A stretch of 64,000 nucleotides of DNA, taken from a virus. The position numbers and the translations under genes are program-made. Position 1 is the stretch's first letter; every line of letters starts with the position of its first letter. The stretch lies in the IMG/VR virus record IMGVR_UViG_3300032516_000013, positions 1 through 64,000 of that record, one strand, 5' to 3'. Below are positions 9,053 to 19,147 of the stretch, piece after piece. A model generated the notes under the pieces. That model was not told where the DNA came from. It worked only from the letters and a program-made list of their open reading frames with translations, and did no database searches.

Positions 9053-10558
9053 TTATTTTCCTAAAGTCAAACCACCATTCGCATGAGCATTTATCAAAGC
9101 ATCAGCAGAATCAAACATGTTGCCTCCCGAACCACTCATAAGAATAGGAGGCGTTTGATTCTTTTGTAATTGATCGGTCAATCTTTTAATAGTTTCGTTT
9201 AAAATATCTAAACCAGGAACAGAAGGAACCTCAAAAGATCTACCTTTCTCAGAGCGAGAATTAACTGATCCATTTAAACCAGATAAGGGGGTAGCCATTT
9301 TTCCTGCTCTTGAAGTTGGTTCATCTGGAATAATAGCACCTAAACCAGCCTTCCAATCTTCCCAAGCTCCTGTTTCCTCAGTTTGTTTATGTGCTCTTTC
9401 TGATTCCAATTGTTTTATCTTATATACAGCATCTTTCCTACGAGCTTCATCTCCAGATTTTGCTGCTTCCCTTAATTTTTGTCCTAAAGTTAAACTAAGT
9501 TCATCATTAAATCGTTTTTGTAATTCTGCCTGTTCTCTTAATTCTTTTTGTACATACTTCTGAACATCAGAGTATTCCTGAATCTTTTCTCCCAACTTTT
9601 GTAATCTATTTGCTGCAAAAACAGCAGCAACACCTATACCTACTACTTGAGCAGCTTTACCTAAAAGTGGGAAGGCTCCACCCAAACCCCCAACATTCTC
9701 ACCTTTTCCACCTCTTCCTTCTTTTGCAGCTTTTAATAATTCTTGAGTCCACTTAGCTTTATAAGCATCCTTATCAAAAAATTCCTTTAAGGGGGCAACT
9801 TGTTCTGCTAAGGTTGCTCTTCTATTTGAAACTCCTCTAAACTCTCCAACTGGTGGCGGTGTTCCCCTAGCCTCTTGCGTTTGCTCTCTTATAGCTGCAG
9901 AAGGTCGAAGACCAGATCTGTAAGATTCTCCTAATTTTCTCTCTTTTTCCTCTGTAGCCTTTCTACGCCATTCTATTATGTCTTTGCCAACACCTATTCC
10001 AGCTTTCGCTAAAGGCGTGAAAGGTCCCAATAAAGAAGTTCCCAATCCAGCACCTACTTTTGCTATTCCACCATAAGTTCTAGGGGCTGTTCTTTCCAAA
10101 AAAGATCCAATTCCTTCTCTAGCTTTTCTACGAGATTGGCGAACTCCTTCTTTTACTAATTCCTGTGTTACGTTCAAATCTTGTGAAGATACTCCAGTTT
10201 TCTCTGTTACTTCTGATATCTTTTCCTGTAATGCTTTGACTTTCTGAACCTCTTCCAAAAAGTATTGCTTTTTTGCTTCAATCTTTTCTACCAGATCATA
10301 AAGCTTCTCAGAATCTTCAACTCCAATAATTCCATCATTTATCACTCCAGATAAAAGATTTCGAGCCTTTTCTATCAATTGAATAGTTTCTGCAATTTCT
10401 CTCTTATTTTTACCAATTTTGTATAGAGTTGATAATTCTTCAAAAAATCCCAAGTAGTCTCTAGTATATTTTTTATGGAGAGCGTCCATAGCCTGCATAT
10501 TAAACTGGCCGACATCAAATCTGTTGCTCTTCTTAGGATTTTGAGATTTATTATCCAT
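9053..10558 (-). CDS. Probable tape-measure/hub protein (gp29-like)
   Basis: Helical and Gly/Ala-rich; located between gp26/gp51-like and gp48-like genes. Confidence 0.5.
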   Translation of the reverse strand: MDNKSQNPKKSNRFDVGQFNMQAMDALHKKYTRDYLGFFEELSTLYKIGKNKREIAETIQLIEKARNLLSGVINDGIIGVEDSEKLYDLVEKIEAKKQYFLEEVQKVKALQEKISEVTEKTGVSSQDLNVTQELVKEGVRQSRRKAREGIGSFLERTAPRTYGGIAKVGAGLGTSLLGPFTPLAKAGIGVGKDIIEWRRKATEEKERKLGESYRSGLRPSAAIREQTQEARGTPPPVGEFRGVSNRRATLAEQVAPLKEFFDKDAYKAKWTQELLKAAKEGRGGKGENVGGLGGAFPLLGKAAQVVGIGVAAVFAANRLQKLGEKIQEYSDVQKYVQKELREQAELQKRFNDELSLTLGQKLREAAKSGDEARRKDAVYKIKQLESERAHKQTEETGAWEDWKAGLGAIIPDEPTSRAGKMATPLSGLNGSVNSRSEKGRSFEVPSVPGLDILNETIKRLTDQLQKNQTPPILMSGSGGNMFDSADALINAHANGGLTLGK

Positions 10559-10653
10559 TTTCTTGCTCTTGCTTATCCTGATCCCGCTTATCTTGAATTT
10601 CTTTTACCAATTTCAGTGAGGCTTTGTTCTTTTATATCCACCTCTAGGCATAA

Positions 10654-10848
10654 TTAACCTTCCTCTGCAGCATCACTTCTCTCCTTAAGCAGACGCCCGT
10701 AGAACCAATCCAATATCAAAATTGGTGTGTTTTGAAGATCTCCTAAAGTAAATCCTGGAACATTTTTACAGAGCAAATACTCACGCTCCAAAACATTCTC
10801 CAAGGATCTTACCAGTCGGATGAAGGAATTCAAACCGAAAGGGCACAA
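10654..10848 (-). CDS. Baseplate hub assembly protein (gp51-like); start uncertain
   Basis: SLENVLEREYLL...FTLGDLQN.P...DWFYGRLLKER resembles gp51-like tail chaperones. Overlaps the end of the gp26-like gene in the +1 frame. Confidence 0.55.
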   Translation of the reverse strand: MCPFGLNSFIRLVRSLENVLEREYLLCKNVPGFTLGDLQNTPILILDWFYGRLLKERSDAAEEG

Positions 10849-11503
10849 TAACTTCTTCCTCCTCTCCGCACTTAGGACAAACTACCTTAGCAGTAGAAGT
10901 TGGCCCATGATATGTATCGATTTCGTGAAATTTTCGAATCCGAGCCACATCCTTGGCTTTCCAATTCTTCATTCTGTCCATTTGAAGAACTGGACTATCA
11001 CAATCCGTTATAGAGCATGCTAATCGATACAAGAAAGGATCTTGTCCCTTTGTCAACATTTTCTCCGCTTCTAATTCATCCTTCACTGTAAGGATTCTCA
11101 AATTCACTGTCTCCTTACTCTCAGGAAGAACAACTGGCTGAGGTTCTGTATAATCATCGGAAAGATATGCAATCTGAATATCCTTAGCTAAATCCACAAC
11201 AAAACTTGTAGATTTCAAACAATGACTACAGACCTGATTCACTTTAATAGTATTGGAATAAGAATTGACATATTCCCAAATAATCAAGTAGAGCTTGTCC
11301 CCAGTAGTTAATCTCTCAGGTTCAATCCCCTGAATCACATTCTTAAGAACTGCCAAGAAATTTCGCTCAAGATTAGTTGGATTAATTTGTGCTAAGAGTA
11401 CTTCATCTCCACCAGTATATTGACGAACAAGAATATCTTCTGGTTTGATACCTTTGTATGGAAGGCACTTAGACGGAAGTTGAATCGGCAGATAATTACT
11501 CAT
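10781..11503 (-). CDS. Baseplate hub assembly chaperone (gp26-like)
   Basis: IQLPSK, VRQYTGGDE.LL, L..GD..YL, two CxxC pairs (CSHC, CPKCG). Confidence 0.8.
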   Translation of the reverse strand: MSNYLPIQLPSKCLPYKGIKPEDILVRQYTGGDEVLLAQINPTNLERNFLAVLKNVIQGIEPERLTTGDKLYLIIWEYVNSYSNTIKVNQVCSHCLKSTSFVVDLAKDIQIAYLSDDYTEPQPVVLPESKETVNLRILTVKDELEAEKMLTKGQDPFLYRLACSITDCDSPVLQMDRMKNWKAKDVARIRKFHEIDTYHGPTSTAKVVCPKCGEEEEVIVPFRFEFLHPTGKILGECFGA

Positions 11504-11612
11504 GTTTTCCCTTTCCAGTAAAAATAAAAATATGTTGTCCTGGTTGCCCTCCTTGACAAATCAGGTTCCTTCCCTTCGGCTCGTATCCTTTTTCTTCATC
11601 GCCACCAAGATT

Positions 11613-12296
11613 TTAACCAAATAAAGTTTTTCCTGTTTTGGAAATTGATTCTCCTGACATACCTCCCTTGCTACCTAATATTTCTTTGGTCTTACTTGCC
11701 ACATTTCCTAACACATTAGTAATAACTCCTCGAACAGTTCCAATCAAACTAAACATTTCTACCACATCCACACTCAGAGAAATATCAAATTTTAACATAT
11801 CATCTGAACGGTATGAAAGAGAAACTGTTGGTTTGTTTTTAGGAAAAGCTCCCTTCAAAGTAAATCTTACAGATTCTACCCCAGATCTATCATACAAAAT
11901 TACATAAATGTTCTTTCTGTAATTTTCCTTTGGATAATAAAAACCATCCTCATCTATCATTGAGTGATACCAACCATAAAAATAATCTAAGGCTGCATTA
12001 TCTACAGAAGAAAGAAAAGTGAGACTAACAGTCGTAATGTTTTGCAAACCGGCATAAAATCTTTGAAAGGCTCCATGCTGCACACTTTCTATCTGGTTAA
12101 TACTGTAATCAGCAAATCTAATATCTTGACAAAAAGAAGAAACGTGTGGGCCAAATACACCATTGATATAAAATGGCATAAATAACTGCCAATTAAATTG
12201 TCTCTGCAAGACCCAAGTCTTTGACAGTTTGGCAAAATCTATGCCGGATAAACCATAACCCAAAGGTTGAAGTGTTTTCTTGAAAAAGTTTGGCAT
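11613..12296 (-). CDS. Tail tube-like protein (gp19/gp54 family paralogue)
   Basis: YFYGW......G.YYPKENYRKNI...YDRSG......LKGAFP tube-fold motif. Confidence 0.75.
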   Translation of the reverse strand: MPNFFKKTLQPLGYGLSGIDFAKLSKTWVLQRQFNWQLFMPFYINGVFGPHVSSFCQDIRFADYSINQIESVQHGAFQRFYAGLQNITTVSLTFLSSVDNAALDYFYGWYHSMIDEDGFYYPKENYRKNIYVILYDRSGVESVRFTLKGAFPKNKPTVSLSYRSDDMLKFDISLSVDVVEMFSLIGTVRGVITNVLGNVASKTKEILGSKGGMSGESISKTGKTLFG

Positions 12297-12303
12297 TTAA
12301 CAA

Positions 12304-12822
12304 TTACTCCACTTTTTCCCAACGATCATAAGCCCATCTCACGTCAAAGGAAATTTCGTCTTGATTTGCATAACTAAGACCAACAGAACCAATCCCCTCA
12401 GGATAGGCTCCAGTTACTTTAATTGTAAGCCAAACATTCTGCAACTGATCTTCACATTTCAGATAAATATCAGCCTTAATTGCAATATCTGGTCCACCCA
12501 AACCTGTCTTCACGTGAACAACTTTTTGATTCCAACCATACAAAGCATCAAAAGTCTTATGATCAGCAGCACTTTCCAAAAAAGTCATATCCCAAGTATG
12601 ATCTAAATTAAGTTTACCTGGAAATACAATTCCTGCAGTTCCTTTGTAGGGAATCAATATTCTACCTACACTTCTTCCTGGAATACTGGTGGTCTGGCAA
12701 CGAGTTTCCAATGTCTCTGGACTGCCTCCACCAATTACTGTGGGAAAATAAACACTCCAAAGAAAGCTCTTTGCAGGATTCGTTAGATTATTCTTGAGAA
12801 CATCCGAACTCATATCACTCAT
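12304..12822 (-). CDS. Tail tube protein (gp19-like)
   Basis: CQTTSIPG..VG.I.IPY.G....FPG....TW..TF and GAYP..IG...LSY; directly after the sheath gene. Confidence 0.85.
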   Translation of the reverse strand: MSDMSSDVLKNNLTNPAKSFLWSVYFPTVIGGGSPETLETRCQTTSIPGRSVGRILIPYKGTAGIVFPGKLNLDHTWDMTFLESAADHKTFDALYGWNQKVVHVKTGLGGPDIAIKADIYLKCEDQLQNVWLTIKVTGAYPEGIGSVGLSYANQDEISFDVRWAYDRWEKVE

Positions 12823-12860
12823 TTTATTTCTCCTTTAAAAAACCAATTTTCCTACAAATT

Positions 12861-14483
12861 TTAAAACATAATTCCGCGATCAATGAGTTCATTGAAAGAA
12901 GCCCCGCTAGGCGTAATAATACTCTGCAACTGGATATATTCTGCAGCCCTGCTTGGCTTTACAAACACATCAACATGCAATTCAAGTCTATCAATCGTAG
13001 CAGAAGTATTATTATTTGTATCACAAAGAACATGGAAACCATCATCTCCAGCTTCTCTTTGGAAAGCCCCTTGAGAAGACAACCGATCCAAATACTCATC
13101 CAACAAAGCCTTCACCCTAAATCTTGTTATATCATCGTTTGCCTCAAACAAGAATGTTCTCAAAGAAACCGCCATAGCCTTTTCGATAACTATAAGCAAT
13201 CTACGAACATTCACGCTACTAAGAGCAGACAACTTTTTCTGAAGCGTCTTTTGCCCAAAAATAACAATACCTGCTCCTCGAAACATCTGTATAGGATTAA
13301 TCTGTGCTTGATAAAGTACGTCTCTTTCCCCTTCTGTAAACACATAAGAAACACCAATAACATCTAGCTGTCCACGATTGAAGCCTGCAGGGGCATTCCA
13401 GGGATTTGCAACATAGTCATTATACGACATCTGACCAGCCACATGTCCGGACGGCGGAACAAAAAGCAATTTATCATTGTAAGAATCGTAGATCTGAACC
13501 CAAGGAGTATACAAAGCACAATAGTTTGAGTTAAAGTTCTGCGTTGTCGAACGGAAAGTAGTCATATCTGTAACAGTGTTAACAGATCCCCAAGGTATAT
13601 CCAAAATAGCAATGCAATCTGATCTTGCTTCTACAACTGCTTTCATTTCTTTTTGAATAGAGATAGTTGTTTCTCCACCGTTTATCAAAATTCTCACGTC
13701 AATATCATCCGGATTGATAAATTCATCCCAACCATTAACAAAAGCAGAAGCAGCTGGAGTACTTCCATCATTTCCAACAGTCATATCAAGTCTGTTAGAT
13801 TGAACCTTAGGAAGAACGGTGTCTGCTAAAGCAGTGTTATCGGCAACAACAATATATTTACTAACACCGTTTATTCGATCTTCCAAAGAAAGATCTTTCC
13901 CAAAACCATCGACTTTCTCTTTCCTAGAAACTTGGAACTTTTCTACCTGAGTCCAAACTCCATCATCGTCCTCAGAATAAACTAGGATTTCAAATGTATA
14001 TTGATCTGTAGGTATTTCCTCAGAACCAGTCTTCACATTTTGGATTATAACCCCAATCTTGTTATTCCAAACTCCAGGATTAGTTCCAAATATCTGAAAT
14101 AAAACATCGCTTGATTGTCCAGAAGGAGCAGCAAAAACAGCAGAAGAAGCCCCAACCACAGCAGCTGCATTGTTCAAACCTGAAGTAGACTTCATTATGT
14201 TAATGCCACCATATAAAGCTCCGTTAACAACACGAAGACAATATAACTTGTTCCCTCTAGCCAAATAAGCAAGAGCAGCATAATGGAAATAATGTCCAGA
14301 AGTTGGATCTGGTTTTCCATACTCTTCCACAAACTGCTTATCATTTGTAATTAAAATGATATTGTCTGTACTGCCTTTTGCAGAATATCCTACTATTGCT
14401 GCGGATGCAGAAGCAACCGCTGGGACAATATCAGATATATCTTTTTCTTTTACGAATACTCCTGGGGACAAAAATATACTCAT
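12861..14483 (-). CDS. Tail sheath protein (gp18-like)
   Basis: SPGVFVKEKDIS N-terminus, PPSG, PW.APAGFNRG, FGQKTL, NVRRL, FLFE.ND. Confidence 0.95.
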   Translation of the reverse strand: MSIFLSPGVFVKEKDISDIVPAVASASAAIVGYSAKGSTDNIILITNDKQFVEEYGKPDPTSGHYFHYAALAYLARGNKLYCLRVVNGALYGGINIMKSTSGLNNAAAVVGASSAVFAAPSGQSSDVLFQIFGTNPGVWNNKIGVIIQNVKTGSEEIPTDQYTFEILVYSEDDDGVWTQVEKFQVSRKEKVDGFGKDLSLEDRINGVSKYIVVADNTALADTVLPKVQSNRLDMTVGNDGSTPAASAFVNGWDEFINPDDIDVRILINGGETTISIQKEMKAVVEARSDCIAILDIPWGSVNTVTDMTTFRSTTQNFNSNYCALYTPWVQIYDSYNDKLLFVPPSGHVAGQMSYNDYVANPWNAPAGFNRGQLDVIGVSYVFTEGERDVLYQAQINPIQMFRGAGIVIFGQKTLQKKLSALSSVNVRRLLIVIEKAMAVSLRTFLFEANDDITRFRVKALLDEYLDRLSSQGAFQREAGDDGFHVLCDTNNNTSATIDRLELHVDVFVKPSRAAEYIQLQSIITPSGASFNELIDRGIMF

Positions 14484-14510
14484 GATTTAACCTCCTATAA
14501 TGTTGAATTC

Positions 14511-14912
14511 CTACCTTAACTCTTTTCGCAAATCTACATCTATAAAAAAAGTTTCCGTAACCCATTTTCCTTTTTGAGTTTGATAATCTCTTTCACAAGT
14601 AACAGAAGTCAGGCCTTGTTTTACAAACGACCACTTCCCTAACATCCTTGTCAATTCCTGATTGCTAATTTTCTCCAAAAACTTATCTATAGTTACTTTT
14701 CGTTTTCCCCAAAAGTTCTCAGGATCTTGATGCCGAATTTTCACCTTCCCCCAAAGTTTGATTCTTGCAAGCCAGCCAGGAATTGTAACATCAAATGTAC
14801 AAGGAAGAATTTCAGGAGTCATCAGTTCCGCATCTAGCTGTTGAATTTCTGAAGCGGACATTGTCTCCGTAAGGAGATAAGAACTCCCTAAAATTTCTTC
14901 GAAAATATTCAA
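14511..14912 (-). CDS. Hypothetical protein with capsid-targeting-like N-terminus
   Basis: Begins M.IFEEIL....LLTE; tightly packed in the structural operon. Confidence 0.55.
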   Translation of the reverse strand: MNIFEEILGSSYLLTETMSASEIQQLDAELMTPEILPCTFDVTIPGWLARIKLWGKVKIRHQDPENFWGKRKVTIDKFLEKISNQELTRMLGKWSFVKQGLTSVTCERDYQTQKGKWVTETFFIDVDLRKELR

Positions 14913-15863
14913 TTAATTCACTCCTTCATGAAAATATATGTTACCATCTGCAATATTACTAACAGGTGATTCTTGAACAATTATCGTTGTTTTATTTGTT
15001 AATTCAGAATAACTTGAAGAATCTACAACATAAGCCCCATTATTGTCCGTAGAATTTTCAACAATAATTTGTTTATCCGATGTAAATTCTGCAGTTCTAT
15101 CTTCCAAAACTGTGAAGGTCTTAGCCAAATAATCAACAGTTTTTATCCCATACAAATTAGCTTGGAGCATCCTCAAAGCATTCGCCAATTCAACATCCTG
15201 ATTTGAATCTTCAACTGCTATAGTTGTATAACTTGTAACATCATCTTTGTCATAAGTAGTCAAATGTATCTTATGAATTTCATTTACACTTGAAGGAGTT
15301 TTTGGCAACCAGCCCTCTATAGCGGCCGTCATTCGATAAACCCAAATTTTTCCGGTGTTAAAAATATCCTCGATATGAGATTCATCAGCAACCGAACTAA
15401 AACGTATATCCGGATTCATTTCAAATTCATCATTAAATAATAAAGTAATTTTTGGGTTGTCATGTTGCCATTGAATATATTTCTCCATACACTCACGAAC
15501 TTTGTCCAAACTTATGCTCCAAAACCACATAGAATATTCAATATCAACAGCATCCGCTTTTATAATCCCTACGGTATTATCCAATTTTGTATATCTTAAA
15601 CCTCTACGAGCAACACTAGTTCTTTGTCTTTTCCAACTAAACTCAAATTTATTTGGATAAACATTAATAAACTCTAAAAATGTTTGACCTCTTTTTTCTG
15701 CAACCAATCTTTGTGCTATTCCTTTAGGACATAAAATAACACCTTTATTAATTGCATCTACTTGCAAAGGAGCTAATGTATTAATCCCTAAAATTGACCC
15801 AAACCGAGTATAAATTAAACTCCTTATGGTCACATCATATGTAAAAGTAAATGAATTAGCCAT
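14913..15863 (-). CDS. Probable tail terminator/sheath stabiliser (gp15-like)
   Basis: Synteny just upstream of the sheath; V.IEY...FWS pattern. Confidence 0.5.
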   Translation of the reverse strand: MANSFTFTYDVTIRSLIYTRFGSILGINTLAPLQVDAINKGVILCPKGIAQRLVAEKRGQTFLEFINVYPNKFEFSWKRQRTSVARRGLRYTKLDNTVGIIKADAVDIEYSMWFWSISLDKVRECMEKYIQWQHDNPKITLLFNDEFEMNPDIRFSSVADESHIEDIFNTGKIWVYRMTAAIEGWLPKTPSSVNEIHKIHLTTYDKDDVTSYTTIAVEDSNQDVELANALRMLQANLYGIKTVDYLAKTFTVLEDRTAEFTSDKQIIVENSTDNNGAYVVDSSSYSELTNKTTIIVQESPVSNIADGNIYFHEGVN

Positions 15864-15988
15864 TATATTTTTGAATCCGATTTTCCCTAAAAGCTTTAAA
15901 ACCTAAACACATAATTAATCTTCTTTGTGGAGATTGTAAAGCTTCAAAATAATCAACTAATATTTGTAATTCAACATCTTCCTGAAAA

Positions 15989-16192
15989 TCAACCAAGCAA
16001 TCTTTTCTTTCCTTGATTCTCATTGACCTCTCCTAAGTCAAAAGTAACTGTCACTTTTCCTTTAAGTTCATTCAAATTCAATACTTGAATATTTTCCAAA
16101 ATTCCATGAGGAGGAACATTTGAAGAAATCTTGTTAGGATGATCAACTGTTAAAACTTCTTCTGAAATATTAACTAATCTTTTTACTCTCAT
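15989..16192 (-). CDS. Hypothetical protein
   Basis: ATGA-coupled to the upstream gene. Confidence 0.55.
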   Translation of the reverse strand: MRVKRLVNISEEVLTVDHPNKISSNVPPHGILENIQVLNLNELKGKVTVTFDLGEVNENQGKKRLLG

Positions 16193-16707
16193 GATTGCTT
16201 AATCCTTCTTGGTGCAACGCTATATGTTTTTAAAAGAACAGCATCATGCATTCCCTCAGCTGCCACATTCACAATTTCAAATTCCTCAGCTCCAACATAA
16301 TTACTAGGAATAAATTCTGGGGATATTCGAAAATAACTACGAATTGGAATATCAACAGAAACTAACTGTCCTTTAGGCGATCCTTCCAAAGATGTCAGTT
16401 TGTTTCCAAATCTAGCTGTTATTGGTAATCTTCCTTCAGTAAATAAACCTAATTTTTTCAAATGTGCAATCGGGGTATTCCAATTCAAAAACACCATACC
16501 CGAATATGAAACATAATCCAAATCTGTAGGAACAGACCAAACATCCAATTTATTTGCTTCATCAAAACTAGTATTTGTAGGAATATATACAGTGCATTCA
16601 ATACCAACAGCATCCATAATTATATTTATGGAATTGCGGATAGCGTCAATAGTTCTTCTAGGAATTAACTTTGAAATAGTTTTATCCTCGATCAAAAACA
16701 AACCCAA
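16189..16707 (-). CDS. Probable head completion/neck protein (gp14-like)
   Basis: AVGIECTVYIP and LKKLGLFTE motifs typical of head-closure proteins; synteny. Confidence 0.55.
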   Translation of the reverse strand: MGLFLIEDKTISKLIPRRTIDAIRNSINIIMDAVGIECTVYIPTNTSFDEANKLDVWSVPTDLDYVSYSGMVFLNWNTPIAHLKKLGLFTEGRLPITARFGNKLTSLEGSPKGQLVSVDIPIRSYFRISPEFIPSNYVGAEEFEIVNVAAEGMHDAVLLKTYSVAPRRIKQS

Positions 16708-16897
16708 AATAAGTTTCTAAATAATCAACTGCTGCTTCTGCTCCATCATCATAAAAGTTATCCCAAGCATCAGCCAAGTCTGCGTCAGAAATAAGAGATT
16801 TATCTGCTTCCTTAATAATATAACCTTCCTGATTCAGCTTTGACAGCAAACTATGTAAAGTGCCATCACTCATTTCGTTAAGCAATTCCTGAAACAT
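16682..16897 (-). CDS. Small acidic putative internal head protein
   Basis: Begins MFQELLNE (capsid-targeting-like); acidic. Confidence 0.55.
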   Translation of the reverse strand: MFQELLNEMSDGTLHSLLSKLNQEGYIIKEADKSLISDADLADAWDNFYDDGAEAAVDYLETYFGFVFDRG

Positions 16898-17828
16898 CCC
16901 TAGCTCCCATCACGCCCTTGATTTTATCAATTTCATCCGGAGTAATTTCTTCTTCGTCACTGATAATATCTTTCAAATCTTTTATAACTGATAAATATTG
17001 ATATCTGTGAATAAGTTTGAAAAGAGCATTAGCGTCCCTCCATTTATGTGCTAGAGAAACATCTCTTAAAGCTTGCTCAACAGAAACTAAAGGCTTCGTT
17101 GCTGTATGACGGGCATCTATCCACTCTTTTCTCTTTAAAAATAGAGAATCAACATCCTTCTCTATTTCTTTCATTTTTGCTTCTAATTTAACAAGAAAAC
17201 TCTTCTTATCTTCAGAAGACATCTTCCCCATTGCAGCTTTAATAGTTTCGTAATCTATGATATCTCTCTTCAGTTCACCAAAAAGAAGATCAGCGTCTTT
17301 TACTGAATTTCTTAACTCTCCAGCAATATCAGAAAAGTCCTCATATGGATCGTAATTACTAGGAACAATTTTTGGACCTTTTATCCATTTCTTCGTTATA
17401 AAATCAAAAATTCCTGGAGACAAATAATCCTGAGCAACATTTGTCTGAATGTAAACTTCAATCGGGTGCTTTCCAATATAAGCTTTTAATTTATCTCTGT
17501 TGTTAATAAACCATTTTACAACCACACTAACTTTTTTATCATCCCAAGCACTCAAATCCTTAGGAACAATATGCACATCTAAATCAGAATCTTCTAAATA
17601 TTGGTTGGAAGTTAACGATCCCACAATATGCATTTCCTTTGCAATAGAAAGAAGATCTTCTGGGTACTTTCTAAGGGTGTCTAATATCTTCCTCTCTGCG
17701 TCCTCTGCAAGCTTGTAACCTCTATTTGCATCCTTATCCCATACTTCTGAAGGAAGATCAGGTTGTGCAAAATCAATTAAGGATTCCCACAGCTGAAATA
17801 AACAGTCATAAGGAAAGCTTTTCTTCAT
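16878..17828 (-). CDS. Pol-beta superfamily nucleotidyltransferase
   Basis: IVGSLTSNQYLEDSDLDVHIV (GS...DxD), third acidic residue in HPIEVY, helical C-terminus. Confidence 0.8.
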   Translation of the reverse strand: MKKSFPYDCLFQLWESLIDFAQPDLPSEVWDKDANRGYKLAEDAERKILDTLRKYPEDLLSIAKEMHIVGSLTSNQYLEDSDLDVHIVPKDLSAWDDKKVSVVVKWFINNRDKLKAYIGKHPIEVYIQTNVAQDYLSPGIFDFITKKWIKGPKIVPSNYDPYEDFSDIAGELRNSVKDADLLFGELKRDIIDYETIKAAMGKMSSEDKKSFLVKLEAKMKEIEKDVDSLFLKRKEWIDARHTATKPLVSVEQALRDVSLAHKWRDANALFKLIHRYQYLSVIKDLKDIISDEEEITPDEIDKIKGVMGARDVSGIA

Positions 17829-18689
17829 TTAAACTGTTTCCTCTTCAGATCTATCATCAGGTCGTTCCCGGCCTCTTAATTGCTTATTAATATCATCTAC
17901 CTGAGTAGCAAGAGCATTTTGTTCTTCTTGATATCGCTTTTCGCTGTCCAACATTTGCTGCTCAAGTTCCATTCTTTTTGCCCGAAGTTTGCACAGACTA
18001 CACGTACAGGCGTCATCTGAACCTTCTTCCTCTTTAAGTTTTGATTCTCCACATTTACCAGCTTCCATTCTCTTTAACTTTGTATAATATTCAGGATCTT
18101 CTGCTAAATGATCCATTGCAATTTCTCTTGCCTTGTCAGGATCATCAGTATGTTCCATCTCAACATCAATTCCCATTACTAATTGCTCAGGATCAAAATC
18201 TTCTGGTTTGCTTTTATCTGCTTTACCTCCAAGAATTTTGTCTTCTACACCATAAATAATTTCGGCTTCATGTTCTGGTTTAGGACTTTCCTGAATAATC
18301 TTCTCCACAATATTCGAAAGACACTCTGTGCAAGAAGCTTCTATATTCCTAAATGTTTTGAAGCAATGATTGCAAAGATAAAGATCGCCCTTGCTTTCGT
18401 TCTTAGAGCCATTTATTTTTTGCTTCTTATCCTCTGGAACTTCTTTTATAGCATACTTAGGATTCTTAGGAGTTTTGCTTTTTACTTGCTTGCCGGGCTG
18501 ATTAAAATCATCCTTGTCATGATCTTCTAAATCCATCTCCTCGGGATCTGCTTCTGGCTCCTCGATCGTTTTCATGTTTTGGGGTGTTTTAGTTCTCTTC
18601 GGTTCTGTGTATTCTGATTCTTCATCCTCTCTAATAATCTGCATCAAAGAGCGAAAAGAATCATCAGGTCTAAATTGAAACTCGTTCAT
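17829..18689 (-). CDS. Multi-module head-region protein with Zn ribbon and DUF5661-like domain
   Basis: GGKADK...DFDPEQL.MGIDVEMEHTDD...AREIAMDHLAEDPEYYTKL; CNHC/CTEC; ESK linkers. Confidence 0.7.
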   Translation of the reverse strand: MNEFQFRPDDSFRSLMQIIREDEESEYTEPKRTKTPQNMKTIEEPEADPEEMDLEDHDKDDFNQPGKQVKSKTPKNPKYAIKEVPEDKKQKINGSKNESKGDLYLCNHCFKTFRNIEASCTECLSNIVEKIIQESPKPEHEAEIIYGVEDKILGGKADKSKPEDFDPEQLVMGIDVEMEHTDDPDKAREIAMDHLAEDPEYYTKLKRMEAGKCGESKLKEEEGSDDACTCSLCKLRAKRMELEQQMLDSEKRYQEEQNALATQVDDINKQLRGRERPDDRSEEETV

Positions 18690-19147
18690 TATTTATTCTC
18701 CTGAGCCATATCTACAAGTATAATCTTTTTTCCCGATAAATCTGTCCATCCACCAGCAGCAGATTCTCCATCCCAACTTATTAAATCCTTGACACGATCT
18801 GACGTTAGTTTTCCCCTACTCCACCAAGCAACTTCTATACCTCTACCTTTCTTCACTACCGGACGATAAGCAGCCGAACAATCAGAAAATCTCATGTTCA
18901 ACAATTTCTGAATAGATTCCGCAACAGAATCTTCATCTAAAATAACTTCGAGAATCCCCAGGGCCACTTTATCCTTAGGAAGTATTTTCATTCCTTGTTC
19001 AACAGCAGAATCAAACAACCCGCCTATTCCGGTTGCTGGCATTGTTTTGTTGTGTTCCGCTAATATTCTCAACAGCTTTTTGAAAATTGTTAAATTTTTA
19101 GCAGCCTCAAAAACCCTATGTTTCATTTTGCTCTCCCATGTCATCAA
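18689..19147 (-). CDS. Hypothetical head-region protein
   Basis: Begins MMTWESKMK (linker motif); tightly packed. Confidence 0.55.
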   Translation of the reverse strand: MMTWESKMKHRVFEAAKNLTIFKKLLRILAEHNKTMPATGIGGLFDSAVEQGMKILPKDKVALGILEVILDEDSVAESIQKLLNMRFSDCSAAYRPVVKKGRGIEVAWWSRGKLTSDRVKDLISWDGESAAGGWTDLSGKKIILVDMAQENK

